Positions 28,417 to 38,465 of a stretch of 64,000 nucleotides of DNA are shown here, piece after piece. The translations under genes and the position numbers were made by a program. Within the stretch, counting starts at the first letter, position 1. Every line of letters starts with the position of its first letter. The notes under the pieces were generated by a model. It ran no database searches. It saw nothing but the letters and a program-made list of their open reading frames with translations, and was not told the origin of the DNA. This DNA is from a virus: the IMG/VR virus record IMGVR_UViG_3300044991_002272. One strand, written 5' to 3'.

Positions 28417-30185
28417 TCCCAATCAAATCTAGTAAAATTATCTTCTTTCACTACAGTCAAAATATTGTTCACACGACTTTGGAGTTCTTCTCTATGTGAG
28501 ATCAACAAAATGTTCTTGTTCCGATCTCTGCTCATAGCCTTAAGCGTCTCTAGAGATCTTTCAAGTCCTGTGCTGTCAAGTCCCACATCAAGGATCTCAT
28601 CAACAGCCATGAAGTTGATGCTGGTGTTCATGTTTTCAAAAATGTCTCGGAATGCCCAGCTGAGTGCCAAACAAACTCTTGTGCGCTCACCTCGGCTGAG
28701 ACTGTCAAAGTCAAAGTCTACGCCCATATGCATGATCTCAACTCCCAAGTCGTTGCTGAATTTAACTTGGTGTGGCAACATCAATCCAGCTAGATATTCA
28801 CCCAGTCTGTGATTCAAGTAGCTGAGGTTTTGATCAATAATACGCTTTCGGATGAAGCTGTCTTTGTTTGTTAGCAGCTTCAAGAGAAACTCTTGATGGT
28901 CTTTGAGTTGGCTGAGTTCATTTAGTGAATCATAAGTGACTTCTTGCAGTGTGTCATTTAAATTACCCACTTGGGCTTGATAAGGATTGGTTTCAAGCTT
29001 AAGTTTGTCCAGTTCACCACTAAGAAGTGTGAGACTGTTTCGATGCTCATATGCCTCATCAATGCTTTTGTAAAATGTTTGGTTTAGCGATACAGCACTA
29101 GACAGACCCATGAGCTCATCCAGTTCTTGTGTCAAACTCAGGCATTCCTGTTCCAGTGTTTGAATGCTGCTGTCCAGTTTGGTAATTTTGTGCTCAAGGT
29201 CGTCCAGCAGATGTGTTTGCTTCTCGTCATGAATCTTTTGACCACACATTGCGCAGTTGTGGTCTTGAATTTGACTATACTGAGTTAACCAGTTGTTTTG
29301 TTGCGCCTTCAGCTGTGTTCCATGCTGTGTTTTTGTTTGGCTTTGGCTGCGCACATTCTTCAATGCTGTTTGAAGTTCACGATACACAAGATTGTCTTTG
29401 TGACTTTGAATTTCCTGCTCAACATCAAGATGACTCAAAGCATCTAGTGCATTTTCCAAGTCTTGAATTTTGTTCTGATGTTGAGTATCCCACTGTTGGG
29501 TTTTTTGATTCAAACTTTCAATAGTGCTCAAAATACGTGTATTGCTGTTTTTGATAGTATGTATTTTGAACTCTTCTTGTTCAATAGTTTGTTTGGTTGT
29601 TTGAATAAGCTTTTTGAGGTTTTCTGCCTTTTGAGACAGTAATGTAATTCCCAACAGCTCTTCAATTATTTCTCGTTGTTTTCCAGCGCCCATGCTCAAA
29701 AATGGCTCAGTATAGGTGTTCAAAGCCACAATGTGTTTGAACATGGTGTGGCTGATGCCCAATACCTTCTCAATCTCTTTCTGAGTATCTTTGTTTTCGC
29801 CTTGAGCCTCGTCAGCACTTTTGTTTTCATTTACTGATTCATCATTTACAACATAGCGGAAAAAACTGGGCGCACGGCCACGTTCAATTTTGTAGCTGTT
29901 GCCGTGGGCTTCAAACTCAATACTCACCACCATGTTCTTTTTGTTGATGCTGTTGATGAGATTGTTTTTCTTGATGTTAGTAAGAGCTTGTCCATACAGG
30001 GCATAACAAATGGCTGAAATCAGTGTTGATTTGCCAACACCATTCCGGTTGCCGTTGCCACCCAAGTCTAGATTCTCGCCCAATACAAGAGTCAAGCCAG
30101 GTTGTGTGAGAGTAACTGATTGTGTAACAGCACCCACACTCATGAAGTTTTTGATTGTGACGTTTTTGAGGATGATCAATTTCAA
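28398..30185 (-). CDS. Recombination endonuclease ATPase subunit (T4 gp46 / SbcC-like)
   Basis: KNFMSVG, Walker A NGVGKST, C.MC hook, LSRGE signature, DEILD Walker B, ISH. Confidence 0.95.
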   Translation of the reverse strand: MKLIILKNVTIKNFMSVGAVTQSVTLTQPGLTLVLGENLDLGGNGNRNGVGKSTLISAICYALYGQALTNIKKNNLINSINKKNMVVSIEFEAHGNSYKIERGRAPSFFRYVVNDESVNENKSADEAQGENKDTQKEIEKVLGISHTMFKHIVALNTYTEPFLSMGAGKQREIIEELLGITLLSQKAENLKKLIQTTKQTIEQEEFKIHTIKNSNTRILSTIESLNQKTQQWDTQHQNKIQDLENALDALSHLDVEQEIQSHKDNLVYRELQTALKNVRSQSQTKTQHGTQLKAQQNNWLTQYSQIQDHNCAMCGQKIHDEKQTHLLDDLEHKITKLDSSIQTLEQECLSLTQELDELMGLSSAVSLNQTFYKSIDEAYEHRNSLTLLSGELDKLKLETNPYQAQVGNLNDTLQEVTYDSLNELSQLKDHQEFLLKLLTNKDSFIRKRIIDQNLSYLNHRLGEYLAGLMLPHQVKFSNDLGVEIMHMGVDFDFDSLSRGERTRVCLALSWAFRDIFENMNTSINFMAVDEILDVGLDSTGLERSLETLKAMSRDRNKNILLISHREELQSRVNNILTVVKEDNFTRFDWDYTPAV

Positions 30186-31213
30186 ATACTCTGATAGATT
30201 TCAATCAAGCGTTGTTTGTTCATTGTAGTGCTTTCAATACTATTCAAATGTGACACCACAATTGAGTCAACGCTTTCAAAATTGATTTCACTGTCATCAA
30301 GTACAGTGTCATCTCCATCACTTCTGCCATGGATGAAACTCACATCCAAGGCAGCTAGTTGAGTTTCAAATAACTCTCTAATGAAGGCAAGGTCTTCATA
30401 AGTTAAGTCAGCATCTACTGTTATCCGTGCGAAAGTTTTGTTGTCTATCAAGCCGGTAGGATCCTGAAGTGCCTCTGTAAGGTTATACGTGCGATACTTG
30501 GGTGCACCAAGCCATTTTTCAAATATGGGATCAGTTCCAGGAGTCCAGATCATCAACCCTCTATCATCGTCTCCCGCATCTGCAAAGTTGTGAGGAAAGG
30601 CATTGCCAATATAACAAATGTTGCCCTTTCGCTGCCTTTTGTGAAAATGCCCACTGAACACCAATTTTTGATTTTGAAAGTGTTCACTGTTCAAGCCGCC
30701 ATGATCGGGCATTTCCACCATGGCATTCATCCGGAACTTGGCAATTTCAGCATGACAAAACAAATAAGGCTGTTTGATTTTTTGAATCAACTTATACTCA
30801 TCACCCACCAACCAAGGAACAAAACAATAGTCTTTGACTGTGGTGATTTTGTCAATTAGGTGAATATTTGAAAAATCCTGTGCATAGGGAATACTGTGCA
30901 GCTCTAGAGTATCTCGAAAATAGAGATCATGGTTGCCCAAGAGCATTATCACATTGTCAAAATTGTTGTTTAGCAGTTTCATGCCATTGTGGCTGTAATT
31001 GAGTGTGCTGATGTTCACACTGTTGCGGTTGTGACTCCAGTCGCCCAAAAACAACAGTGTTTTGATTTTCAGCTCTTGTGCTCGTTTGACCACAAACTCC
31101 AAAAACTCAGTACACCAAGTGTTGTGCTGTTTGGAGTTGTTCCGCATGCCAAAATGCACATCAGTTATGGCAATTACTTTTGAAAAATCAACATTGTCTA
31201 GATTGATAGTCAT
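30182..31213 (-). CDS. Recombination endonuclease nuclease subunit (T4 gp47 / SbcD-like)
   Basis: TDVHFG, LGDW.H, GNHD, HAE and SGHFHKRQ metallophosphoesterase motifs. Confidence 0.95.
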   Translation of the reverse strand: MTINLDNVDFSKVIAITDVHFGMRNNSKQHNTWCTEFLEFVVKRAQELKIKTLLFLGDWSHNRNSVNISTLNYSHNGMKLLNNNFDNVIMLLGNHDLYFRDTLELHSIPYAQDFSNIHLIDKITTVKDYCFVPWLVGDEYKLIQKIKQPYLFCHAEIAKFRMNAMVEMPDHGGLNSEHFQNQKLVFSGHFHKRQRKGNICYIGNAFPHNFADAGDDDRGLMIWTPGTDPIFEKWLGAPKYRTYNLTEALQDPTGLIDNKTFARITVDADLTYEDLAFIRELFETQLAALDVSFIHGRSDGDDTVLDDSEINFESVDSIVVSHLNSIESTTMNKQRLIEIYQSI

Positions 31214-31340
31214 GACTCAAAAGTCTCCTTGAGTCAGAGTATAGCTGATAAAAACTGTTAGTTCAACAGGTGGGCAGGACCTAGATTTGTGATATTCATT
31301 ATGATATATAAATAATATGCAATAGGGTTGGAGAAAAATT

Positions 31341-33062
31341 GTGAATTTGGCAGAATTGAAAGAACTTTGGTTGAACAAGGAGATTACACCAAATAGGTTG
31401 ACAAAGTTGTTGCCTATACACAAAGAAGAGCTAGACAAATTATTTCCTTGTGAAGGCCCAATTGCAGCTAAATTTTATGCATACGTTCATAACACTAATG
31501 CAGAAAACAGTTGGTGTGAACAGAGTGGTAAGTTCAGGACTTTCAATAATATGGTTCTAGGGTTCAGAAAATTCTGTGGTAATCAATCTCAATGCTCCTG
31601 TAATCGTGAATATCAGGAAAGCGTTCGACACAGCCGCACTAGAGATGAAATAAATCATATTCACGAAAAACGTAAAAATACCAACCTTCAAAAGTATGGT
31701 TTTGAGTATGCAAGTCAACATGACAAGGTCAAAGCCAAAGCTGAGACCACATGTTTTGAAAAGTATGGCGCAAAAGCTCCAACCTTAAATCCTGTTGTTT
31801 TAGACAAAGCACAAAAAACGATCCAGGAAAATTGGGGAGTAAACTTTCCTCAGCAACATCCTGATATAAGAACCAAAACTATAGAGGTGTTTCAAAACAC
31901 TTATGGAGCACCTGTTCCTGCTCAAAACCTGGAGGTGTTAGTTAAAACCAAAAAAACCAACCTCTCAAAATATGGTGTTGTGGCCCCGTTTTTGACAACA
32001 GAGCATAGGGAGACCAATAGGAAAACTTTTCGGCAAAAATCTTGGGATTCCTATATTACAAATAGGACTGATTACACTCCGTTATTCACTCAAGAAGAAT
32101 TTTTGGACTCACATCGTTATTCTGAACATTCGTTTGTTTGCCAAAAATGCCATAACCAATTCAGTGTTGCCTTGAAAAGAGAATCTGATTTGCGTTGTTT
32201 TGCTTGTTATCCAAGAAAAGAAAGTTGGGGAGAAACAAAGATCAAACAATGGTTGTGGGATAATAACATATCTTTTGAGCAATGGAATAGGCAAGTTATC
32301 AAGCCATTGGAGATTGACTTTTATATTCCAGATTTAAATGTGGGTATTGAGTTTAATGGCATCTTTTATCATTCAGATTGCCAAATAGGAGACAAAAAAT
32401 ATCATCAAAATAAATGGAAACAAGCTCTTGAAAAAGGTGTAAGGCTTGTTCAAATTTGGGAACATGAGATGGTGCAAAAACCCAATATTATATTTGACAG
32501 ATTGTCACACGTAGTGGGTTTGAAAAAAACAATTGTTGGTGCACGTAAATGCAACATTACAGTTGTGGATTTTGGAACAGCTAAAACATTTATTCAGAAC
32601 TCACACTTGCAGGGCAACATACCAACCAAACATATTTGGGGTTTGGAACACAACGGGTCGCTTGTTGCACTTGCTAGCTTTGTCAAAACTAGGTACAGCA
32701 AAGGGAGTGATTATGAGCTGGCCCGTTATTGTATTTTGCCTGGGTATCATGTTCCAGGCGGGCTTAGCAAGCTTTTGAATCATGCGCATCAGGAGTTGGG
32801 ATTCAAAAGCTTGGTGTCCTACAGTAACTTGAACTGGGGACTGGGAAATGGTTACGAAAAAACAGGCTTTGAGTTAAGTCATATCAGTCCACCCAATTAT
32901 TGGTATTGGAAAAATATAAATGACGTTCAGAGCCGACTTAAATTTCAAAAACACAAAATACAAGGCTTAGCTGCGGGCAATACGGAGCAGGAAATTGCCA
33001 AAAATTTGGGCTACAATCGTTTTTATGATGCAGGCAACGCAGTGTGGATCAAAAAATATTAG
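31341..33062 (+). CDS. Hef-like homing endonuclease
   Basis: T...KYG repeats; Zn finger; E+DFYIP...+GIEFNG.FYH; +QIWEHE; ARKC; EL.R+C; SY+..+W..G.GY; YDAG...W. Confidence 0.82.
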   Translation: MNLAELKELWLNKEITPNRLTKLLPIHKEELDKLFPCEGPIAAKFYAYVHNTNAENSWCEQSGKFRTFNNMVLGFRKFCGNQSQCSCNREYQESVRHSRTRDEINHIHEKRKNTNLQKYGFEYASQHDKVKAKAETTCFEKYGAKAPTLNPVVLDKAQKTIQENWGVNFPQQHPDIRTKTIEVFQNTYGAPVPAQNLEVLVKTKKTNLSKYGVVAPFLTTEHRETNRKTFRQKSWDSYITNRTDYTPLFTQEEFLDSHRYSEHSFVCQKCHNQFSVALKRESDLRCFACYPRKESWGETKIKQWLWDNNISFEQWNRQVIKPLEIDFYIPDLNVGIEFNGIFYHSDCQIGDKKYHQNKWKQALEKGVRLVQIWEHEMVQKPNIIFDRLSHVVGLKKTIVGARKCNITVVDFGTAKTFIQNSHLQGNIPTKHIWGLEHNGSLVALASFVKTRYSKGSDYELARYCILPGYHVPGGLSKLLNHAHQELGFKSLVSYSNLNWGLGNGYEKTGFELSHISPPNYWYWKNINDVQSRLKFQKHKIQGLAAGNTEQEIAKNLGYNRFYDAGNAVWIKKY

Positions 33063-33904
33063 ATGGGGCCAGTTGGGCTCATTTGAGGCACAACAAGTGG
33101 GACTGCTGCTTCCGCATTGTCAAATCCCAGTTGTTGTGCCAACTGATCCTCTGTCTGTCGGGTGTGACTAGGTGTTGCACCATGCATGATCAAAAGATCA
33201 TCTCTTATGTGTTGACTTCTCTTTTCCAGTTGCAATATCTTGAGAAAACTTGTACTACTTACGGTAGTATAATAAGCAAAGGGGTTTGAGCTTTTAGCTT
33301 CATCAAATTGAAGTCCCACTTGTGCCAATTGCACCAGTGCTTGCGCTTTCATTTCGTCAAGATAAGTGTAACCTCTCCAGTTGCCTCTATGCCCATAGCG
33401 ATCAACCAATTTGATCCACATAGCAGCCAGTCTATCAGTAATCCTACCGCCAGTTAAGGTGAATTCACCCTTTTTGTGATGACTCTTGCCCACACATTTC
33501 CATTCATTGTTTTGGAAAATCCAATGTTGAAAAGGAGGGAAATTGCATCTGATGTGTTTTTCTGCCTGATTTTTGGCTTTGTCTGCTTTGGCAGGGTTTA
33601 ACGGAATGTGCACAAAAGTCATAAGCCTCACAACAATTTCATCCAAAGGCACATTATCCAATGTTAATGAAGATTCAAAAGTCTTGCTGCCGCTGGCTTT
33701 CTTTTCTTCAGCCATTTTGTTAGCTAGCTTTTTGTGTCGAGCAGCGTCCAAAACTTCTGGAGTTGCTGCTGCAAGATCATATACAATGACATCAAAATCA
33801 GTGTATTTTTTGTCAACAAATTCACAAAAAGTAAGCTTGCTTTCATGGATTGCAGACAATAAATCTTTGTTTGTTAGATATTTGATCTTGGGAACCAATG
33901 CCAT
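33059..33904 (-). CDS. Late-transcription sigma factor (T4 gp55-like)
   Basis: YL.NKDLL..IH.SK; M...L..RY..R.NWRGYTY.DEM...AL.QL...GL.FDE.KS.NPFAYYT. Confidence 0.88.
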   Translation of the reverse strand: MALVPKIKYLTNKDLLSAIHESKLTFCEFVDKKYTDFDVIVYDLAAATPEVLDAARHKKLANKMAEEKKASGSKTFESSLTLDNVPLDEIVVRLMTFVHIPLNPAKADKAKNQAEKHIRCNFPPFQHWIFQNNEWKCVGKSHHKKGEFTLTGGRITDRLAAMWIKLVDRYGHRGNWRGYTYLDEMKAQALVQLAQVGLQFDEAKSSNPFAYYTTVSSTSFLKILQLEKRSQHIRDDLLIMHGATPSHTRQTEDQLAQQLGFDNAEAAVPLVVPQMSPTGPI

Positions 33905-34024
33905 TATAGTCCTTTGTGTTTGAAACCCTAAATTTTGTAATTGGTTACAGAAGAAGTCAAAATGGACGCCTTGATCTGTTAAATAATTCAATAGATTGCC
34001 AAAAGATTATGTTGGGGCGTAACA

Positions 34025-36244
34025 ATGAAGCTGTTTGACTTATTACCAGAAGTAAATCTCTCTTTGACTGAGGCCAAAGCCCGTATCGAGCATCCAGAAG
34101 ACATGATCTTCGATGAGGGGTTAGATGGTGCCAAAAGAGCTTTTCATATACTGAGCACAACTGCTCATGAACCCGAGTATGTTAGTATCAAGTTTGATGG
34201 TTCTCCGGCCTTGATTTCTGGATGGAAAGACTATAAATTTGTGTTAACAGACAAAGCTGGATTCAGCAGTAAAAAATACAATGGTTTAACCACAAGCCCT
34301 GAGGATATTGTCAATATGCTCATGAGCAGGAAAATGAAAGACACCAGCCCCAGTGCAAAGAGTGCTCGACTGGCATATGCCAACAAAATAGCCAGTCTCT
34401 ACCCATTGTTGAAAAAAGTTACCCCAAAAGGATTTATCGGTTACGTTCAAGCGGATTTGTTGTGGACTGGTGTACCTCCCATTGTAGATGGGGCATATGA
34501 ATTTACACCCAACAAAATAACTTATCGTGTGCCTGTCAACAGTCAATATGGTGAAATGATTGCCAACAGCAGTGCTGGCGTGGTCATGCACAGTGTTTAT
34601 CAAAGCCCTGAAGATCAGGAACCAGAAGCCTTGCGAAACATCAGTCAATATGGCTTTCGCACTGATCAAGGACTGGCTATCCTACCTCATGAAGCCACCA
34701 TGCTCAAAAGTTTGAACCTGGATAAAAACTTAGTTGACAAATTATCCCACTTGTTTAGAGTGCATGCTGTAAGTGTGAAATCATTTTTGGACAGAGGACA
34801 ACTAGCCAGTCATGAAATCTTGAGCCTTCCTGGCTTGATGAAAAGCTTTTTGGCCAAAAAGGCAGAACGTGGTAGTTCCACATTTAGCCATGTGAGTAGA
34901 GAGTTTTTGGAGTGGCTTACAGGGCTCAACAGTACTGCTAGCCCTGCAATGCAGGCCAAGTGTTTGAAATGGATTCAAAGCCACATCCATGGTTACAATA
35001 GCGTGTGGCGGATAGTAAGTTTGTTGACAAGTTTGAAGCTGGATCTCAAGAAACAAATGGACCGTCAAACAGATGGGACAGTTGGTGCTAGTTTGGGTGG
35101 AGATCCAGGACATGAAGGATTTGTGGCTGTAACTCCCACTGGAATAGTGAAGTTTGTAAATCGTGCCCAATTTATGAGAAAAGGCGAGCCTGATTCATTG
35201 ATGGAACAAGAACACAAACGGGTAGTTTGGACCTTTGGCAGGATGAATCCTCCCACTCGTGGTCATCAGCACTTGGTTAACACAATGGCCAAACACGCTG
35301 GCAAGGGTGACTATTGGATCTTTTTGAGTCACAGTCAAGACGGTAAAAAGAATCCATTGCCTTGGGCGGAAAAGCTGGAGTTTTTCCAAGAGATTATGCC
35401 TCAACACCAAGATCATGTGGTGCAGGATGAGAGCATCAAAACTCCGCTGCAAGCCGCAGAATGGCTTTACAACAAAGGCTATAGACATTTTGTATTTGTT
35501 GCCGGAGAAGATCGTGTGCAGGGCATGACAGACCTTTTTGACTCTTGGAACAGTCCAGAAATACGTGAAAAACATCAACGTCAACCAGTGACGATTGAAA
35601 TTGTATCAGCTGGAGAACGGCATCCAGATGGCATTGGCGTTAGTGGAATAAGCGGCACCAAGGCACGTGCGGCTGTTTTGAACAAAGACAAAAAGGCTTT
35701 CCACCAAGCTGTGGGTTTGGATGATGAACTTTCCAATAGGCTGTTCCAATCAGTTCGACGCTATCTCAAGCACCCTAGGAACACAGTAATGGAAGCTCAT
35801 GAGCACGCTGCTGGCACCATAGTTGTTTTGAGCATGAGTCCCAAAAATGCTCTAGAGCTCAAAGAATGGTGTGAAAGTCAAGGTGTTCCCTGTATGAATA
35901 CTGATGATCTTCACATGACTGTTTTGTATAGCCAAAAACCAGTGCCTCACCTCATGAGCATGCATGGTAACACTGTGGTTGTGCCAGCACAAATAAAAGG
36001 TTGGACCAAAATGGGCGACAAAGCCCTGTGCCTAGACCTAGATTGTGACCTGGCACACAAATTTCATCATCATTTGAAGAGCAAGGGAGGAACTCACGAT
36101 TTCCCCAACTTCATTCCACACAGCAGCGTAAATTACAATTGGTTGGAGAGAACAGACCTACCAAAAGTTTTGCCCAACTTTCCTCTGCTGTTTGATCAGA
36201 TTCATGTCAAGCCAATTGATCCCCGATACGGAAACAAAAGCTAG
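34025..36244 (+). CDS. Three-domain fusion: ligase-like domain + HxGH nucleotidyltransferase + Acb1-like 2H phosphoesterase
   Basis: KFDGSPA...HEGFV..VKFV.R; TFGRMNPPTRGH; LHMTVLYS...GGTHDFPNFIPHSSV. Confidence 0.8.
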   Translation: MKLFDLLPEVNLSLTEAKARIEHPEDMIFDEGLDGAKRAFHILSTTAHEPEYVSIKFDGSPALISGWKDYKFVLTDKAGFSSKKYNGLTTSPEDIVNMLMSRKMKDTSPSAKSARLAYANKIASLYPLLKKVTPKGFIGYVQADLLWTGVPPIVDGAYEFTPNKITYRVPVNSQYGEMIANSSAGVVMHSVYQSPEDQEPEALRNISQYGFRTDQGLAILPHEATMLKSLNLDKNLVDKLSHLFRVHAVSVKSFLDRGQLASHEILSLPGLMKSFLAKKAERGSSTFSHVSREFLEWLTGLNSTASPAMQAKCLKWIQSHIHGYNSVWRIVSLLTSLKLDLKKQMDRQTDGTVGASLGGDPGHEGFVAVTPTGIVKFVNRAQFMRKGEPDSLMEQEHKRVVWTFGRMNPPTRGHQHLVNTMAKHAGKGDYWIFLSHSQDGKKNPLPWAEKLEFFQEIMPQHQDHVVQDESIKTPLQAAEWLYNKGYRHFVFVAGEDRVQGMTDLFDSWNSPEIREKHQRQPVTIEIVSAGERHPDGIGVSGISGTKARAAVLNKDKKAFHQAVGLDDELSNRLFQSVRRYLKHPRNTVMEAHEHAAGTIVVLSMSPKNALELKEWCESQGVPCMNTDDLHMTVLYSQKPVPHLMSMHGNTVVVPAQIKGWTKMGDKALCLDLDCDLAHKFHHHLKSKGGTHDFPNFIPHSSVNYNWLERTDLPKVLPNFPLLFDQIHVKPIDPRYGNKS

Positions 36245-37074
36245 ACAGCTACACCTGTCAACTGCTCAATCCTTGCAGCTTCTTCTTCTGATTTGCGTTG
36301 CTCACTGGGAGATTTCTGCTTAAACTTCCCAGTTTTCACATCCATTGTGGGTTTGCCAGTGGGCCCTAATTTATCCAAGCTCCTTAGAGTTTGAATCAAC
36401 TCAGTCAACCCTTGATGAATAGCCCTATTGCCTTTGATGGCTCGTTGAATAGTTTCAACACTTTGGAAGCTGTCGTGAGTGAATCTGGGTCCCAACAGCT
36501 TTTGTGCAATCACATCAGGATCAGTGGAGATAACAGATTCATCTTCCCGATTCAACAGTCCACGTTGCCAACTGTATTTCATTCCCAACGCTTTGGCAAT
36601 ACTGCTCATGAGTTGATTTCTTTCTGCACCAGTGTAGTTGCTGGCGTCTCCTGGACTCTGCATGCTGAATTTCATCCATTGAGGATCATCATGGAAGAAA
36701 AAGTCAGTTTGCACGAAGCCATTCTTGGGATCACCTGCAATTGGTGTCAACAGATGAACTTCTCCAGCAGGCTTCACATACTCTTTGGGGTTCAAACCTT
36801 GGCTCAACACCCAGTTTTGGAGACTTTGGGCAAATTGGGCTTTTGACATTTTCTTGCTGTCGACTACGATGTCGATATCCCCACTGCTGGCTTTTTTGCC
36901 AACACTGCCCAAGGTCATGCCATGCATGGGCAGCCCTGTGATTTTTTCCAGCCAATCCAACGTGGGACTGATCAAAGCCAGTGGGATACGAGTGGTGCGT
37001 GGATAGCCATCTGAGGTTTTGAATACGTTGCCGCCTTCAAAAACTAATTGTGGGGAGAGTTCAAACTGTTTCAT
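36241..37074 (-). CDS. Pol-beta-superfamily nucleotidyltransferase
   Basis: LGSVGKK..SGDIDIVVD and downstream VQTDF. Confidence 0.75.
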   Translation of the reverse strand: MKQFELSPQLVFEGGNVFKTSDGYPRTTRIPLALISPTLDWLEKITGLPMHGMTLGSVGKKASSGDIDIVVDSKKMSKAQFAQSLQNWVLSQGLNPKEYVKPAGEVHLLTPIAGDPKNGFVQTDFFFHDDPQWMKFSMQSPGDASNYTGAERNQLMSSIAKALGMKYSWQRGLLNREDESVISTDPDVIAQKLLGPRFTHDSFQSVETIQRAIKGNRAIHQGLTELIQTLRSLDKLGPTGKPTMDVKTGKFKQKSPSEQRKSEEEAARIEQLTGVAV

Positions 37075-37146
37075 GATCTAGTATTTAGATTCCAGCTGGT
37101 TTCCAGCACATAAATATTTGGCTAATATTTTTGAGGAAAGAATTGC

Positions 37147-38166
37147 ATGCCTAGATTTGGTGGTTTTGGTGTTAACACTGGTTCTTTGGTTGGTGGACTT
37201 GTAAACAACGTTGTGGGGTCGGCTGCCTCTGCTATTTTTCCACGCGGGGTGTTTGGCGGTTTTGGAATTGGAGATGGTGTGAATTTGTTGGGAACACTCA
37301 ACAATCAAGATCCCACTAACCGACGTGTAAGCCTGCGGCCCAGACCAGCTGCTGCTAATCGCGTGTTGGGCAAGGGATTATTGGATCCTTTGCGAGAAAC
37401 AAACAATGGCATGGTTTGGCCCTACACACCTACAATCAACTATCAACAAGACATTGATTATCAAACCATTAGCACTGTACATACAAACCAAGACTTTCAT
37501 ATATTTGCACGTACGCCGGCAACTTCATTCAGTGTTGATGGTCAATTCACTGTTCAAAATCAAAAAGAAGGACGCTATGCATTGGCATGCATACACTTTT
37601 TGAGAACCATGAGCAAGATGCATTTTGGTGAAAATGACAAAGATGCAGGCACACCTCCTCCTATTCTCTTGTTCAATGCCTACGGTCCTTTTGTGTTCAA
37701 CAACTTGCCAGTCATAGTCAAGAGCTATAGTATTGGATTTCCAGATGATGTAGACTATGTTCAAGTGGCTAGTGGGCTGTCCCCAGTAAATCAACCCACT
37801 GTGCCAAATAATCCCGCAGGAGGTAGTATTATTGCTGAAAATTTACCTCCAATTCCAGGAGTGCCCGCACCAAGTATTCGCAATAATCCTAATGATTTGA
37901 TATATAATGATCCTGGTGCATCACCTTCAGGTCGTGCCCGCACTATTGATCCTAGAGCAGACATGTCGTGGGCAGACCCGCTGAACAATCCGCCGGGCGC
38001 AAGTGTACAGCAACCAACACCATCTACAACAAAAGCTATTTGGTTGCCCAGCTTGTTCAAAATTTCAGTAACATTGATTGTGCAACATACTCCCACCACA
38101 TTGCGGAAGAGATTCGAGTTGCCCAAATACATCAATGGTGACCCAAGTCAAAGTGATTTCATATAA
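37147..38166 (+). CDS. Tail tube initiator / baseplate protein (gp48/gp54-like)
   Basis: G++WPYTP.I, FT.QN..EG.Y.LA..HFLR...KM.FG and PPP+L.F.AYG.++F..+PV++. Confidence 0.65.
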   Translation: MPRFGGFGVNTGSLVGGLVNNVVGSAASAIFPRGVFGGFGIGDGVNLLGTLNNQDPTNRRVSLRPRPAAANRVLGKGLLDPLRETNNGMVWPYTPTINYQQDIDYQTISTVHTNQDFHIFARTPATSFSVDGQFTVQNQKEGRYALACIHFLRTMSKMHFGENDKDAGTPPPILLFNAYGPFVFNNLPVIVKSYSIGFPDDVDYVQVASGLSPVNQPTVPNNPAGGSIIAENLPPIPGVPAPSIRNNPNDLIYNDPGASPSGRARTIDPRADMSWADPLNNPPGASVQQPTPSTTKAIWLPSLFKISVTLIVQHTPTTLRKRFELPKYINGDPSQSDFI

Positions 38167-38465
38167 TGACAACAGTAACTTATCTACGCAGTAGTCCTTA
38201 CTATCGCACTCCACAAAACACCACATATCTGGATTTTTGGCGGCCACCATTACTCACAAGAACAAGTGACGATCTAATTGTTACTTTGGCACAACGGCAT
38301 CTACATCGGCCTGACTTATTGAGTTTTGAACTATATCGAAATCCACGGGCATGGTGGGCGTTTGCTATCCTAAATCCTGATCAAATTGTGGACCCAATTT
38401 ATGATTTTGTTCCTGGGATAACAATTTATGCACCTAGCCAACTCAGCATTGGAAGCACCTTATAA
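38166..38465 (+). CDS. Baseplate wedge subunit (gp53-like)
   Basis: SPY..TP...YLD, RPDLL...LY.....WW.FA..NPD.+.DPI.DF..G..IY.P. Confidence 0.8.
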   Translation: MTTVTYLRSSPYYRTPQNTTYLDFWRPPLLTRTSDDLIVTLAQRHLHRPDLLSFELYRNPRAWWAFAILNPDQIVDPIYDFVPGITIYAPSQLSIGSTL

